In this document: in pieces, positions 1-12,281 of the stretch
How the letters are laid out: each line of letters starts with the position of its first letter
Numbering within the stretch: position 1 is the first letter of the stretch
Source: Rhizodiscina lignyota
Taxonomy: Eukaryota
Assembly: GCA_010015805.1 (NCBI GenBank)
Contig: ML978125.1
Location: 1,178,001 to 1,242,000, forward strand
Direction: 5' to 3'
DNA: 64,000 bases
Program-made: the position numbers and the translations under genes
The notes under the pieces: model-generated
What the model saw: the letters and a program-made list of their open reading frames with translations, nothing else
The model's database searches: none
Told to the model about the DNA's origin: nothing

Positions 1-71
1 GTGTGATCACAATTGATTCAATGTGATGTATTAGTCAATGAGCAAATGCAGCTTCAGCATATAGTGTAGCT

Positions 72-1336
72 TCAAGTTTTCTCCTCTTGTAGGTCTTCGA
101 ATACGCACCCCTCATCAGTGATGGTGAAAGTGAATCTCCGCTTCTGTATGTCGTTTCCAGGCACCGCGACAAAGCGACCCTTCTCAACAATGTCTTGCCT
201 CATCTTCCTCTCCGGCCAAGCCTCTTCAACACACATCCCATGAACAAATTGCACTGCATTTTCTCTCTCAAGGAAGAGAGTGAGCGCTGGGAAAGACGTC
301 CAGGCGGGTGGGAGAAGCTGTCGAAGTACACGAGGAGGATCCGTCAGAACACGAAACCCTCCAACGTTGTTGTCGGATGTGACAGAAATTGGGGAACTCT
401 GAGAAGTGTACACCACTGAACAATCAAAGATGTCTTGCGCTTTCTCTAGGGCTTTCAGCAACCGGCCGTAAACCGAAAGCTCACTTTTGCCCTTGGGAAC
501 ACTTGATCCGCGTTCCGTTGCTCGAAAGCGTGCGGCTTCCTCGTCAGATCGATGTTGCCAATAAAATGCGCTAGCACTGTCTAGAATTATAGTGCCCAGT
601 TGCTTTCGAGAAGAGAGATGTGCCGAGAAATCGAAAAGATACGATTCGAGAGACGTGACAGTGGCAACCAGAGAAGGAAGAGACTGCGGCCGGAAGATGT
701 GGACGTGCTCTAGACTCCTTTGAATAACTTCATCTGGTGATTGATGTTCCTGTTGTGGACTATTCGGTGGTGAAGACCCATCTTTCGTCGACTCTTCACA
801 AACGGAGCTTATATGAGCATTCATGAGCCGAGCGAATCGTTGGACGTCAAAACGATCATCCGTATCGATAATGACGATTGCCGTATCTTTGCCCCCGATG
901 GTTGTACCTTGGAGGCCATGCGGTAAAACCGCTAAGGCAGCGATGAGGTAGAGCAGGTGTGTCGTTCCAGCACCAGTTCGAGAAGACGTCAGCTCGACAA
1001 TTGGTCTCCTCTTTCGGATATTCGTAGTTTGGGCCAATGCTGTGGGATGGCCTGGCGAAGAAGCAAACGCGTTCTCCGACGCGTGCTCAGCGACTGGTCG
1101 TGGATTGCTAGCTCTTTGATCCATCTCATTGAGGAGGTTATCAATGATCGGAATGTTGAAGTAATTTTGCCCATCATTGTCATGTAAATGGCGAATCTCG
1201 CGGAACAGCTTGAACTCAACCGTTAGCTGACGTTCTCGATGCCCTAATTTTCCATATCACGATGCCGACGAACCTCATCCAGGCCAACCTCTACCACCTC
1301 CCCCAACAATCTTTTCCCCAGCTCTTGCGCACTCAT
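72..1336 (-). CDS. RAD51 paralog (XRCC2-like RecA-fold DNA repair protein), 2 exons
   Basis: ORF 72-1124 has a degenerate Walker A (IVELTSSRTGAGTTHLLY), IIDTDDRFD, HIFRPQS and the Walker B-like IILDSASAFYW. First exon MSAQELGKRLLGEV starts at ATG 1336, followed by a GT-AG intron. Confidence 0.75.
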
Positions 1337-1473
1337 TTAGAGCGGTTTCCTCCACCTTTCTCAGCCTCCTCTCCTCCGTCTTTTACTACTGTGCGCTGAT
1401 CCCAAGCGCCTTCTATTCATACTCGAAGCCAGTAGATCACGAGACGAACAATAGAACCAGAGCAAACTCTTTC

Positions 1474-1799
1474 ATGTCACCACCAGTCGAGCTCTTCCCG
1501 GCCTCGGAGCTTCCCACACGTGTTCAGTATGACGTGAATGGGAAGAAGCGCAAACCGTCTGTCGATTTGGAAAAATGCGCACTGAAAGAGATGATCCAGT
1601 ACAATTGTGATGTGGATGCGAGGGACCCGAGGGGTGCAGTGAGATGTTGGCCTTTGGTCAGGACATTCAGGCAGTATGTCCGCCCTCCCGCGAAAGCACC
1701 ACAAATCTATTGATTTTGTCACTAACAGTCTGCCACAGGTGTGCGCATGGTTTGACGGTCGAGACCACAGCTTGGGAGGGCGAATCAGGAAAAAGATGA
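1474..1799 (+). CDS. SOM1: Mitochondrial inner membrane peptidase subunit Som1
   Basis: MSPPVELF...VDLEKCALKEMIQYNC...CWPLVRTFRQ, then an intron (gtatgt..actaac..cag), then CAHGLTVETTAWE. Matches the Som1 Cys pattern. Confidence 0.8.
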
Positions 1800-2046
1800 C
1801 ATACCAGGGCATATGGATGGGGTTTGAAAGGGCGATCCAGGGCTTCATATCATGCAGTCACAGTAACATCTCATCTTTCTTGCATCCAATATGCAATGTT
1901 CATTGTGCAGAGAAAATGTATATACGTATGTTCGCTTAATCGCTGACGAGATCTGTACATGCGCCTTAAACAATGCGCGTCGCCGACACCGCTGCGAGTA
2001 AGACAAGAGTGCCTCGTCGAGCATCCAACAAGCATGTAGTGCCCAA

Positions 2047-3095
2047 TTATCCTTGGGACGTTCTCTCTTGCGCGCCTTTACGCCAGTACTTCCTGTCGTA
2101 ATTCACGAGCATCCCAATATCCGACTTTACGGTGCCTCCTGCGGCATCCACATCCTTCTCTGCGGCACCGTCAAATCGCAAGACAATGTTGTCCTCTGCT
2201 TCTTCCCATCTCCTCCTATGCTCTTCGTCCTCTCTTAATACTGCCTGGAGCGCATCGTCCCACACCTGCTTCCTCTGCAGTTCTGCTCCATTCTGCTCCA
2301 CCGCGGCAAGAGGACGACGCTTCTGTAACCCGCGTTTCTTTGCTGCCATCAACTTGCGCAGGGCCTGCTCTACCAAGACACCCTCCTCTGTTGCGCGCTC
2401 ACGTATCTTTCGCGGATCTTCCTCGCGTTTTGGGAATACGGGCGTCGCCTGCCATGTATGCTTGCTCGGCAGGCCAGGGAAATGCTTCGGGATATATTTT
2501 CTCTCCTTCTTCTCGGCCTTCCCGTTCAGTTCGTCTCCGAGCATAGCATCGAGGTTTGGAGGTACCGGCTCGTCGGGAGGCGGTCCGAGAATCGGTTGCT
2601 GCGCGAGCAGTGGTGGAATAGGAACTTTAACATGTGGTTCTAGTGAGGACGAAGTGAGGTTGTGGTGAGCTAGCGCGCGTATAAAGTCGTGTGGGATTGG
2701 CTGCCGGCGCCGACTTGACGCCATAGATTGTCGAACGATGGAAAGGAAGTGCAGCATGTCTAAGATGTTGTCAGCATTAGTTTTGACTATAGCTGTTATT
2801 CTTGTAACGCACATTCTTCAGCCTGCGCGCGAAACATCTCCAGTGCCTCTGGCTTTGCACCTGCAAAGCCGGCAGACTGCAACACAATGGCAAGGCCTCG
2901 CTCGAGTTGTCCGTCAAAGAGTTGCGCATGTTTGTTGTTGTACGAGGGATCGGATGGCAGGGGAACTTGCTGCTTATGTCGCACAGCGTGATGGTGATGA
3001 TAGAGTCGGCGCCGTTTCGTGGGAGTGTTCTCCATGTCTCCCAGGTCTTCGGCGGATCGCTTTAAGCTATTCGGAGGCGATATAGTTGCTGCCAT
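2047..3095 (-). CDS. TAF8: TFIID subunit 8 (bromodomain-associated histone fold plus TAF8 C-terminal domain)
   Basis: LQSAGFAGAKPEALEMF..., SSRRRQPIPHDF, YIPKHFPGLPSKHTW, DPRKIRERATEEG. One intron near 2760-2810. Confidence 0.85.
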
Positions 3096-3612
3096 TTTGT
3101 ATGTGACCGCGCGTAGAGTTCCAGAGGAAGCCTTCAATTTCGGGAGAGGCAAAAGTATGAGTGGTTCGTGTGTGGGTGATGTTTTGCAGCCGATCGCGGT
3201 CGTGTTAGTTGGGAGTTGTAAGGAAGAGAGAGCATCCGCGAGGGGGGCAGTCAACGGCAGTGCCAAGACTTTAACAATAGGTAACACTCCATTGTATTGT
3301 ATATGTTATACATACACTCGTGTTGCGAGAATAGCACAGGACGGACGTGTTATAGGCTTTAATACTGGCCTGAAAGTAAGATTATTTGGCGACGTGTGAG
3401 AAGCAGCGACGCAGGGAGTGAAGCAGATGCAGGCATCCTCATCTGGAAGCATATCGTACGACATTGCCGAGAATATACCGCACATCTACCGTCTCCGGCG
3501 CTCATCGGGCTCAACTTCATCTGCTGCCAGAGCAGCTCCAATCTGCAACAGTCGACCCCGAGACGCTCTCAATCATTCGAACAAGCGTCTAGAATCCTCT
3601 CAATCTGCAAGG

Positions 3613-4031
3613 ATGCCTATCAAACCCATCACTGGTGTAAGCTACGCCCGCCCAGACGTTCATATTGCTGCAGAAAGAGCTAACGTGATCTTAGATGCTC
3701 CGAAGGCATTTGGTCGTTGACCTTGCCGTTGCTTTCGGTGTGTCCTCCCTATCCCGCCTTGAGATCATATTTCTATAATTGGACATTGTCCTTGAAATTT
3801 CTATGGACTACTTCATAGAACTGTCGCCTAACTGAGCCCGCAGGCCTTGGAACCTCCGCCGGCTACCTCTGGTGGTACGGTACGTTTGATCACACCACCT
3901 CGAGCTCAATTGGCTATTGAGAATATGTTGCTGATATATGAGCAGGCTACCACGTCCCCAACGTCCGTCACCGAGATGCGTACTACGCCAAATTGGAGGA
4001 TGAGCGCGCTGCCGCAGCCGGACAATTATAA
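3613..4031 (+). CDS. COX9: Cytochrome c oxidase subunit VIIa (Cox9), 4 small exons
   Basis: Spliced product reads MPIKPITG/MLRRHLVVDLAVAFG/LGTSAGYLWWY/GYHVPNVRHRDAYYAKLEDERAAAAGQL with canonical introns. Confidence 0.85.
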
Positions 4032-4269
4032 GCGACACAGGGGAAGAGCCGACCAGCATGAAGGTGGAAGCAAAGCTCTCAACTCCTGCGCAAATATTCG
4101 GTTCGAATAATTGAGCTCGATTATAGAGGACGGCCTTGTACAGCATTAGGATCAAAGGGCAGGAAAGATGAATTGTATCAAAGCTACCACTGATGCACAT
4201 TTCATTCGGTGACTGTACTCTTGGAACCAACGCCGCGCTTATGCATGTCAAAATGACCATTGCAATAAC

Positions 4270-6038
4270 TTAGCATCTCGTCTCGACTCCCTTCCGGCTT
4301 ACGGTCAGGTATTTCACCCCCTTATACGGCTGCACACCAGCTCCAATGCCACGACTCCGTTGTCCGTCGACATTCAACTTCTCCACCTTTATCCCACTAG
4401 CCAGCCAGCCCTTTACTGCAAAGCTCACCGCTGCTGAAGTTGGCATTAACAGCGTGTTCTGCTTCGCCTTCTTGGCATTCCTGTCTTCGCTGCTCTGTGA
4501 TTTCTTCTCTGCTGCGTCCTCCTTAGGGGTTGGGTATGCAGTAGTATCGTCATACTCCCAAGTCTCAGCTCTCAGTTCCAAGCCTGCACCATTTGCCTCG
4601 TCATCTTCGTCGTTGAGTGGACCAACAACTGAGCAACGCAGAGTAGCTGCCGTGCTACCCATTGAGGCGACATCCTTCTGTGAGATCCGCCATTCTACTC
4701 CTCCATCCCCAGGCGAATAGCTGGCTTCGCCTCTACTTGCCCTCAGATCAGTGATATTGCGTACTCCCGATGGGACTGGCACGGTGACTACGATATCTTC
4801 CACAACAGGATTGGTAGATGTGCCGCTTTGTGCGCGAGCAGCCAGTCCACTGGGTCCGCCAAGTCCTATGGCGCCACCGCTGCCAATGCCACCGCTACTA
4901 CTAGATGTGGCGAATCGCGTGTTGAGGCTCAAGCGCACTTCGAAATCGGCACGGGCGTCACCCAAGCCTGTTCGAACTTCCACAGAAGCAGGTAGACGCA
5001 GGTCAGGCTTGAACTTCGGGTTGGAGAAAGCCTGCTCAAGATAGTCTTTCCCAAGTAGATCAACTTCGTAGCCAGCGAGAACAAAGCGACCGTCTGGAGG
5101 TACGAAGCTCAGATCTCCTGGTCGTTCTCTCCACCTTGTCAGCCGGACGCACGGGTGGAATACTGGGACCTGCAACGTATGCTCCATGTTCATTTTGCCG
5201 CCTGGACAGTTCAATTGCAAAAGCAACTCAGGAATGCCAGAAACCTTTGCTGTGAATGCGATAGTACCATTTGCGCGGGCAGTGAGCGGCCGTCCACTTG
5301 GAGCGACTATGACGGACAGCGTCTCGACCATATCGACATATAATTCGTTGCTGGTATGACGAACATTGGATCGCCGCCATGGGATAGCTGGGGTATCAGT
5401 CGGTCGGGCCTTGAGAGCTGCGAGGGAAGGTGAGGGGGTGCTCGACAGAGCTGTAGGAGCACTTGAAGCAGGATCAGTTTGAATCTCCTCATGCAATCAG
5501 GTATCTGGAGCCGCCTGTATACCTTGATGGTAATCCTACTCCTTCCAGAAATTTGCCCATTCGGCTTGGTGCTTCAACCACATCCCTCAGGGCATTTGGC
5601 TCGGTTTTATCCACCATTCCCGCATCGCACATCTCTCCCAGCAATTGTGCAACGACATCGTACGAGGCTTCAATCTTGCTGGCGACTAAGGGAGCCCCGA
5701 GGAAGTCTTCAAGTGCATCTGCTACGCGATGTAGGAATTCTAGCACGAGCAATGGCTCGATTTCGGAGGAGGAGGGCGAGAGGAAGAGGAGGCGATCTTG
5801 GATGATGCTGAAGAGCAGAGATGGTGGATTGGTCTCCGTCAGGTATATTAAGGATGGTCGAGGAGCGGCTTGTCCGAGGTACAGAGGAAGTACGGTTTTG
5901 GCAGATGGAGGTCGACCGTTCCATACATGCTCAAGTATTGGGTTGCTGAAACTCTGGTTAGCTGCTGTGAAGTCATGTCGAAAGCTAGGTGTGTCACTTG
6001 TGCTCATCGAATATGTAGAGAGCTTCTAACTGGCTCAT
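4270..6038 (-). CDS. APM3: AP-3 adaptor complex mu subunit
   Basis: MSQLEALYIFDEHN (ATG 6038, intron 5946-5997), IEPLLVLEFLHRV, YDVVAQLLGEMCDAG..TEPNAL, IPWRRSNVRHTSNELYVD, FHPCVRL, LSFVPPDGRF, KPYKG-like QPYKGVKYLT. Confidence 0.9.
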
Positions 6039-6306
6039 GTTGAATTGGTGACCATCGCATAATCGCTGGGCATGCGACTAATAACTTGTGGGTGACCGTG
6101 TGCCTTTGGAACAGCTCAAGATGTAATTGTGGGCGGAAAGCTACCGCATATAATTGATTTGCAAATTGTACCACTCGGTACGGCCCACCGAACGGTGGGG
6201 CTGTGGAAGAGCTAGTTTCTTGTGACGAACAACCCATGTTCTGGGTTCTGCCCCACCTGAACCTGGGTGCCTCGACGGCCGAACTCCGGGGCCTCCGTTG
6301 CAGTGG

Positions 6307-7217
6307 GTTGGTCACTGTTTTCATTGTCGCACTTTCCTTATGGTGGGACCTTGAGTCACCACAGACATGTACCTTCTCTTATTGTAACCCACCTTCCCTT
6401 GATACCTCATGGACAACGCGTCTGCCTGGACTGGATTATGGACGTCGCTCTCCCTCATGGACAATGGACTGCATCATGGATAAATTTCCGGGGGCGCCCA
6501 CTTAATCGTCCCCGTCGTCGTCCTGTCTCCACCTCTAGCTGTCTAACTACCAATTCTTTCAACCGTCCCTTCTCTCTATCGTTCTCTCTCTCTGTCTATA
6601 GGCCGCTTTAATATCTGCTCTTTCGATTCTCCGCGATACGGTGGACGACTATATGAGACGACTAGTCGCTCTTGATGCTCAAGACTGGTATATTAATCCT
6701 AACTTCAAGGTAGTACTACAATTAGACACTGTCAATATCTGTGCCGCTATACCGCTTATATTCGCTCCTGGCCTAATTGACGTTGTCGATTCTGACACAC
6801 CACCCTCGACTGACTTCTTTAAGATACTTCCTAATCCTCTGGGGAAGTACTAGGGTGTACACTCTTAATAAAAGACGGTTGCGAGCCAGCGCTATGTATT
6901 GGTTCCGGCACTGATGCCATTGCTGGGTATCGACGACGGGTTGCTATCTACTCTGATAAGACTCACGAAAAACTGCCTCGATTCGTCCGAGCTCTCTACG
7001 ATAAAGGATATGGGCTCGCCCATATTGAGTTGCTCTGTTGGGCCCCCATCCCTCCAGCTACGATCATACCGCGAGCAAGGTACCGTTTTCTCGCTATCGA
7101 AGGCACGTTCACGCACATGTTCTACTCCGCAATAGCTACCTGCATGGACATGTTCTGGACGGATTTCATGCCATGGTCTCGCGATGATGTCCCATGGCTG
7201 CCCACCAACAGTCGATA
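6307..7217 (+). pseudogene. Decayed copy of the GIY-YIG intron element found in ATP1 (5' non-coding leader plus N-terminal half of the endonuclease ORF)
   Basis: GTTGGTCACTGTTTTCATTGTCGCACTTTCCTTA aligns to 26398 onward. Translation: (ATA)SALSILRDTVDDYM...FFKILPNPLGKY*GVH...KDGCEPALCIGSGTDA...DKTHEKLPRFVR...LCWAPIPP...DFMPWSRDDVPWLPTNS, collinear with ORF 26712-27980. Start codon reads ATA (6611-6613) and TGG has become TAG (6851-6853). Confidence 0.9.
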
Positions 7218-7859
7218 AACAGGAGGTCCTACCAATATAGGCCTAGCTACTGTAAATCTGCCCTACATACTTATGATTAGTCCACTCAAGGTAGAACTAT
7301 GGAGCTTGTCATGCACAGAAGAAGTTAAAGGCTAAGGGAGAAAGGGAGAAAGAAGGCTCTCTTCAGTTCAATAGATCTCTGCCATAACAAGTATGGAGTT
7401 CAATAAGATACTCCGAGTAGAGTCAAACAAATGCTCAGAGAGCAGGTTAGGACTGAAGAGCTATGGCGTTTGGCATATGCAAAGGAAGGCCTGGGCGGAC
7501 GGCTGGAACGGAGGAAGAAGGTTCCCTTTAACACAACACATCTCTGGCCCAATAAGTGTGCATTTCAGCGAGAGACTCCGGATCCAATCGAACCAAAGCT
7601 TAGATCTAAAGTGGAAGGGTAGAGCCATGGAGTTTGACATAGAGAAAGGATAGTTTGGGTACATGGTCGACATGGAGGAAGAAGGTAACAGCAAATACAA
7701 AACATGCTTCAAGTGACGTTACTCATTGGATATCGTACTTCTGAGGACTCCCGAACAAATGCTCCACCAGCCGTGTCAAAGCCCAAAAGAGACTCCAAGA
7801 ACACCAGAAACGAGCGTATCGGCAACGTAAACTTTTTCGTCACAAGGTTCGATCATCAA

Positions 7860-8702
7860 TCATACAGCATCTCCGCTTTTCCGACCCTCTAAGATCTCCC
7901 GTCCTTCCTTTTCTTGGTCATCTTCTTCATCCTCACTGTTCCCATCGCAGCTGCGGCTCGTCCACCGCTTGATCTCCTCATCAGAAACTGCTTCTGCACG
8001 CCTCTTCTCCACAGTGCCAGTCCAGATGATGATTCCGAGAACAAGGAGGGATACGACGGCGAAGACGAGCAGTAAATACCGGCGGCAAATCTCTATACCG
8101 CACTCGTTATGCACCTCTCGAGGCAGGCCAGATGTACTGAAACCTCCAGCAGTGGAGGAGGTCGAAGATGGTGCTGCCGATGTTGCGGCTGGAGTCACAT
8201 CAGGGTGTGGAAGCGCCGCTGACTGGATGTCTGCCGCAATCTTCGCCGCGTCGTCGAACAAATCCGCAACTCCGCAAACCCAGCTCTCGAGGTCGATAGG
8301 ATGTGTGCCGCTGAAGCCCGGGGCAGTAGATGTGTAGCGGTAGTGCTGGGTCCAGCCATACACTGTCACTGCAATCGCCAACGCTGTTACCAGTCCCTGC
8401 AGATAAGGCGCCGTAAATGTGCCAAAATTTGTCCCTTTCAAGCAGAGCCTGGCAGAGCGAAGAGGAGGGGCGAGAAAGAGGATGAAAGAGAGGAGTAATG
8501 CGAGGACAGATGGGACAAGGCTGAGGATGATTGGTGTATCGAAGGTATGCGGAGGGAATAAGTTGCCGGCGCCTTTAGCAATGAAGGAGAGGGAGACGCT
8601 CGACCAGATGATAATGACAAGAGCGAGGGCGGAGAAGAAGATAAGGCTGACGAATAGAACGATCTTCTGGACAGTAAGCTTGGGGGAGGACTGCGAGGCC
8701 AT
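7860..8702 (-). CDS. Hypothetical four-TM membrane protein
   Basis: 280-aa intronless ORF with four hydrophobic segments, a DLESWVC motif and an acidic tail. Confidence 0.65.
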   Translation of the reverse strand: MASQSSPKLTVQKIVLFVSLIFFSALALVIIIWSSVSLSFIAKGAGNLFPPHTFDTPIILSLVPSVLALLLSFILFLAPPLRSARLCLKGTNFGTFTAPYLQGLVTALAIAVTVYGWTQHYRYTSTAPGFSGTHPIDLESWVCGVADLFDDAAKIAADIQSAALPHPDVTPAATSAAPSSTSSTAGGFSTSGLPREVHNECGIEICRRYLLLVFAVVSLLVLGIIIWTGTVEKRRAEAVSDEEIKRWTSRSCDGNSEDEEDDQEKEGREILEGRKSGDAV

Positions 8703-9254
8703 GATGAACTGTCTGATAGATAGATAGATTTCTAGCCGAAAGTAGAATGTCTAGATAGCTTGGGCATAACGAGAACACGAAGGATTCATATATTTGCCTT
8801 ACTATACATCTTGCACCGTAATACTGCTTGTCGGACAAGGCTGGTGTTGGTCGACTGCGCCGTATGTCTGTTCTGTATCATCGATGCTGCATACGGCACA
8901 GCCGCAGGATTCTGCCTTGTCGGTTCGCCCACCTACCAGGAGATGACACAGAACTCAAAGACCGTTTCTGCAGCCTTTGATGGAGGTGATAAACGGTGAA
9001 CATTCCCTTTTAGGACGATTGGGGTTGGATTGCAGAATACGAAGCTATCGGAGGGTTTTCTATTGTTTCATAAAGCGCCGAGGCGTGGTCTCCCACAACC
9101 GCCAGATTTTTCCCCCATGCGGCGTCAGTTTGAGAAAGCAGCAGGGATTCGTCAGTACACCTAATTCGTCCATCTGTCGAAAGCCGTCGAAGTCTATACC
9201 AGGTCGGCACTTGCAGTGCGAATGGTTGAAAGTCGCAGCTGCATCGTAGTATCT

Positions 9255-10067
9255 TCAAGAGTTCACCGAATCCTCGCTAGCCGCCGTACTCTGCTCATAC
9301 TTCCCTGCTTTAAACGCAGCCTCAGTCCCTCCAACATGACCCAAGGGCCCCGAACACACGTTCGAGTCTGTCGTCTCATACCTCGGAGGAAGGTCCATCT
9401 CAATATCGCTCCCATTCCTTGCATCAATACCAGTATCCGCTCGCTCCTCAGCCATCAAGAACCGTAGACCAAACACCGCGGCAGAAATCGCAGTGATGAG
9501 ATACGGTATCAAAATATACCGGAACTGCTTCGGACCACCGCAGTAGTCATTGTAGACCGGATCAGCCATCGCGCATTTCTCTTTCTGAGCATCATTCGTC
9601 GAATCCTGTGAAGAAGTGTTGGAGAACACAATCCATGTGCACAAGAACGCAACCATCGCGAGCAGAGCATTCGCCAACAGGAAGACAAAGCTGATGTAAA
9701 TGCGTTTGTATCGAGCTTGGAAGCACTACAGAATGTTAGTTGCAGGCCCAAGATGTGTAAAATGTCGTATTCAGCGTACGCTTCTATCCCTCGAGTTTCC
9801 GCAGTCTCTGTAGCATATGCTGAGGAGTGTGATGGCTATCGAGCAACCGGCTGAGGTGCATGAGATGTAGACCGGCCAAATACTAAGCATGTGAGCCTGG
9901 AAAGTGGGTAGATCCGGTACGTTGGTGTGCACCTCAGGGTGGTATGGAGTCGAGAGGTAGACCACATAGTCCTGTAAAACCTGCGACGCAAAGATGAGGA
10001 CTAGGATAGAAGTAATGAGCAGCAGGGCGAGCGAGGCAAAGAGAAGCACTCCTGGTGAGCAAGCCAT
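9255..10067 (-). CDS. Hypothetical four-TM membrane protein, 2 exons
   Basis: MACSPGVLLFASLALL... exon 1, intron at about 9728-9778 (gtacgc..ctaac..tag), exon 2 with TM segments and a cytosolic LPPRYE motif. Confidence 0.6.
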
Positions 10068-10463
10068 CGTGGAACTGTTTCCTCGGAAATCGTGCAGATT
10101 GAATTCGAAATATAGGAGAGAAGAATGAAGAAAACTGAGAAGAAAAATCGAATTTGAAGAAGACGCTGCTGCCTTTGGCTTCGTTGCTCTCCACGAAGTG
10201 AAGGGTGGCCTCTGTTTGAGTTTGCCTCGTTGCGGCGTAGGTAACACTGGAGGAAACACGCCGACTGTGCATTTGAGCGAAAGGCATGAATTTCACATGC
10301 ACGAGCAGGGCTTCACTATGCCTGTGCCCCAACCCAACTCATTTGCTTCACTCATCCGCGGGGGAGTGTTGGAGAGCTGTGCCGTTGGACGCTGTTTTAT
10401 GAACCGCTGAGACAGAACGAAAAATGATATCAGGACTGGAGACCACGCCACAGACCTCATCTG

Positions 10464-10679
10464 TACGAAGAAGCTAGTTTCCAGCGAGCGAGCTGTTTCC
10501 AGAGCTGTACTATTGCAGTTGCCTTCAGCACTTCCAAGAAGCTTCCGCCTATCGGTGAGTTTAATTAGAGGTTCTCAGGGAGTAGCTTGTCAAGCCTGCG
10601 TTAGAAGATCTGCTTCTGGTTATCGCAGAAAAGAGACGCCGTTGGTCTCATCAGCTCACAAGAAACCAGCTCCTTCGTA
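10464..10679 (+). mobile_element. MITE-like element, family A copy (TIR about TACGAAGGAGCTAGTTTC)
   Basis: Left end TACGAAGAAGCTAGTTTC, right end GAAACCAGCTCCTTCGTA (inverted). Internal sequence is similar to 39450-39667, 40918-41144 and 63185-63317. Confidence 0.75.
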
Positions 10680-10923
10680 AGGTTGCATCCAAAACAGATA
10701 AGTGAAATGCACATGCAAATCTAATTGATCTGTCCAAGAAACACTCCGAGACTGCGGAGTCACAGTATTTTCGGCTCTATTGATCCCTGCCTGCGCCGTT
10801 TTCAAAAGCAGGTTTCATCCTCACAGGTATCGAGAGATGCGTTGAGCACTATCTCGTATCCCAATTGTCTTAAAAACGCCCATCCAATGCATATTCCGTT
10901 CGTGTTTCCAAACAGATCCTCTA

Positions 10924-12281
10924 TTACGCAAGTCCATTGACGCCATTAGCGATCTTCGGCGCAATAACCGCCTTCTCTAGCGCCTGTAAGACGTCGGCCC
11001 TCAGGTCGGCCTCGTCCTCGATACCAACGCTGATTCTTACGAGGTCATCGAAAACGCCAGCAGCCTCACGCTGTTCCTTCGGGATACCGGCGTGCGTCAT
11101 TCTACCTGGCAACTCCACCAGGCTCTCGACACCACCCAGACTCTCCGCCAGCGTGAAGAGTTTGGTGGACTGGCAGAATCGCTCGGCTGCTGCTTGTCCT
11201 CCGCGAACGCGGAAGGAGAGCATACCACCACCCATTCCGTCGCGATGCTGCTTCAGTGCAACTTCACGTTGCGCGTGCGTTGAGAGACCGGGGTAATTGA
11301 CAGCAATGACGTGAGGGGAAGCTGAGAGGGCGTTCGCGATGCCGGTCGCGTTCTTAGTGGATTCTCGTGCGCGGAGATGGAGGGTCTTCAGGCCACGATG
11401 TGCAAGCCAGCAGTCGAACGCTGACGGAACTGCTCCAATCGCATTCTGCAGGAATGCCAGATGCTTCAATAATTGTGGTGAATTGAATGCTGCAACGCCC
11501 ATCAATACATCAGAATGACCATTGATGTACTTTGTAACGCTGTGGACAACAATGTCGGCACCGTGATCGAGAGGGTTCTGAATGTAGGGGGAGAGGAAGG
11601 TGTTGTCGACTACGACGTGGATGCCATGCTGGTGAGCTGAGGTTGCAATTTTGCGGATATCGACGAGGGAAAGGGTGGGATTTGACGGAGTTTCGATCCA
11701 AATGAGTTTCGTCTCTGGCCGGATCAACTCGTCCAGCTCAATCTCTATGGAGGGACTAAATGTGACCTTGACGCCATGCGCAGATGCGACTTGTGTGAAA
11801 TATCTATGAGTGCCGCCATAAACATCCGAGATGGAAACGACGTGTGAGCCTGCGGCGAGGGACTGAAGGACGACGGCAGTTGTGGCCGATCCAGATGCGA
11901 ATGCGAGGGCATATTTGGCATGTTCGAGGGCGGCGACTGCTTTCTCAAAGTTCTCTCTAATCAATTGGGTCAGACTTCTTCTTTGGAGATATCTAGGAAT
12001 ACGTGAGGAGACGTACCTGTTCGGATTCGAGCTTCTTGTGTACTCGAACTGACCTATTGGCTTTCCGACCGCAGACTGCGCAAATGTAGTGGACAGAGAA
12101 ATCTTGGAGGATAATTAGCTTCCGCAGATACAAACATATCCCAAATGAGGCTCACAGGTTCAATTACGGCTCCAGTAACGGGGTCATGATCAGAACCTGC
12201 ATGAACAGCTAAGGTCCCAAATTTGTGCACCGGAGAAGAAGCTCGGGGTGGGGTCTCAATGGAAGGGTCGCCGACCGCCAT
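10924..12281 (-). CDS. CYS3: Cystathionine gamma-lyase
   Basis: FGTLAVHAG, YTRSSNPNR, VVDNTFLSPY, PLP lysine motif HSVTKYINGHSD, FTLAESLGGVESL. Two introns near the 5' end. Confidence 0.95.

Noticed and set aside
6184..6215. Helitron 3' end (hairpin followed by CTAG)
   Set aside because: The CTAG is part of the MITE family A terminal motif, and no Helitron 5' end or Rep/Hel sequence is visible.
6236..6306. PHLNLGASTAE resembling the D-2-hydroxyacid dehydrogenase PHLGAST.E motif as host exon of the second element
   Set aside because: Short match with an insertion and no other dehydrogenase sequence nearby; likely chance.
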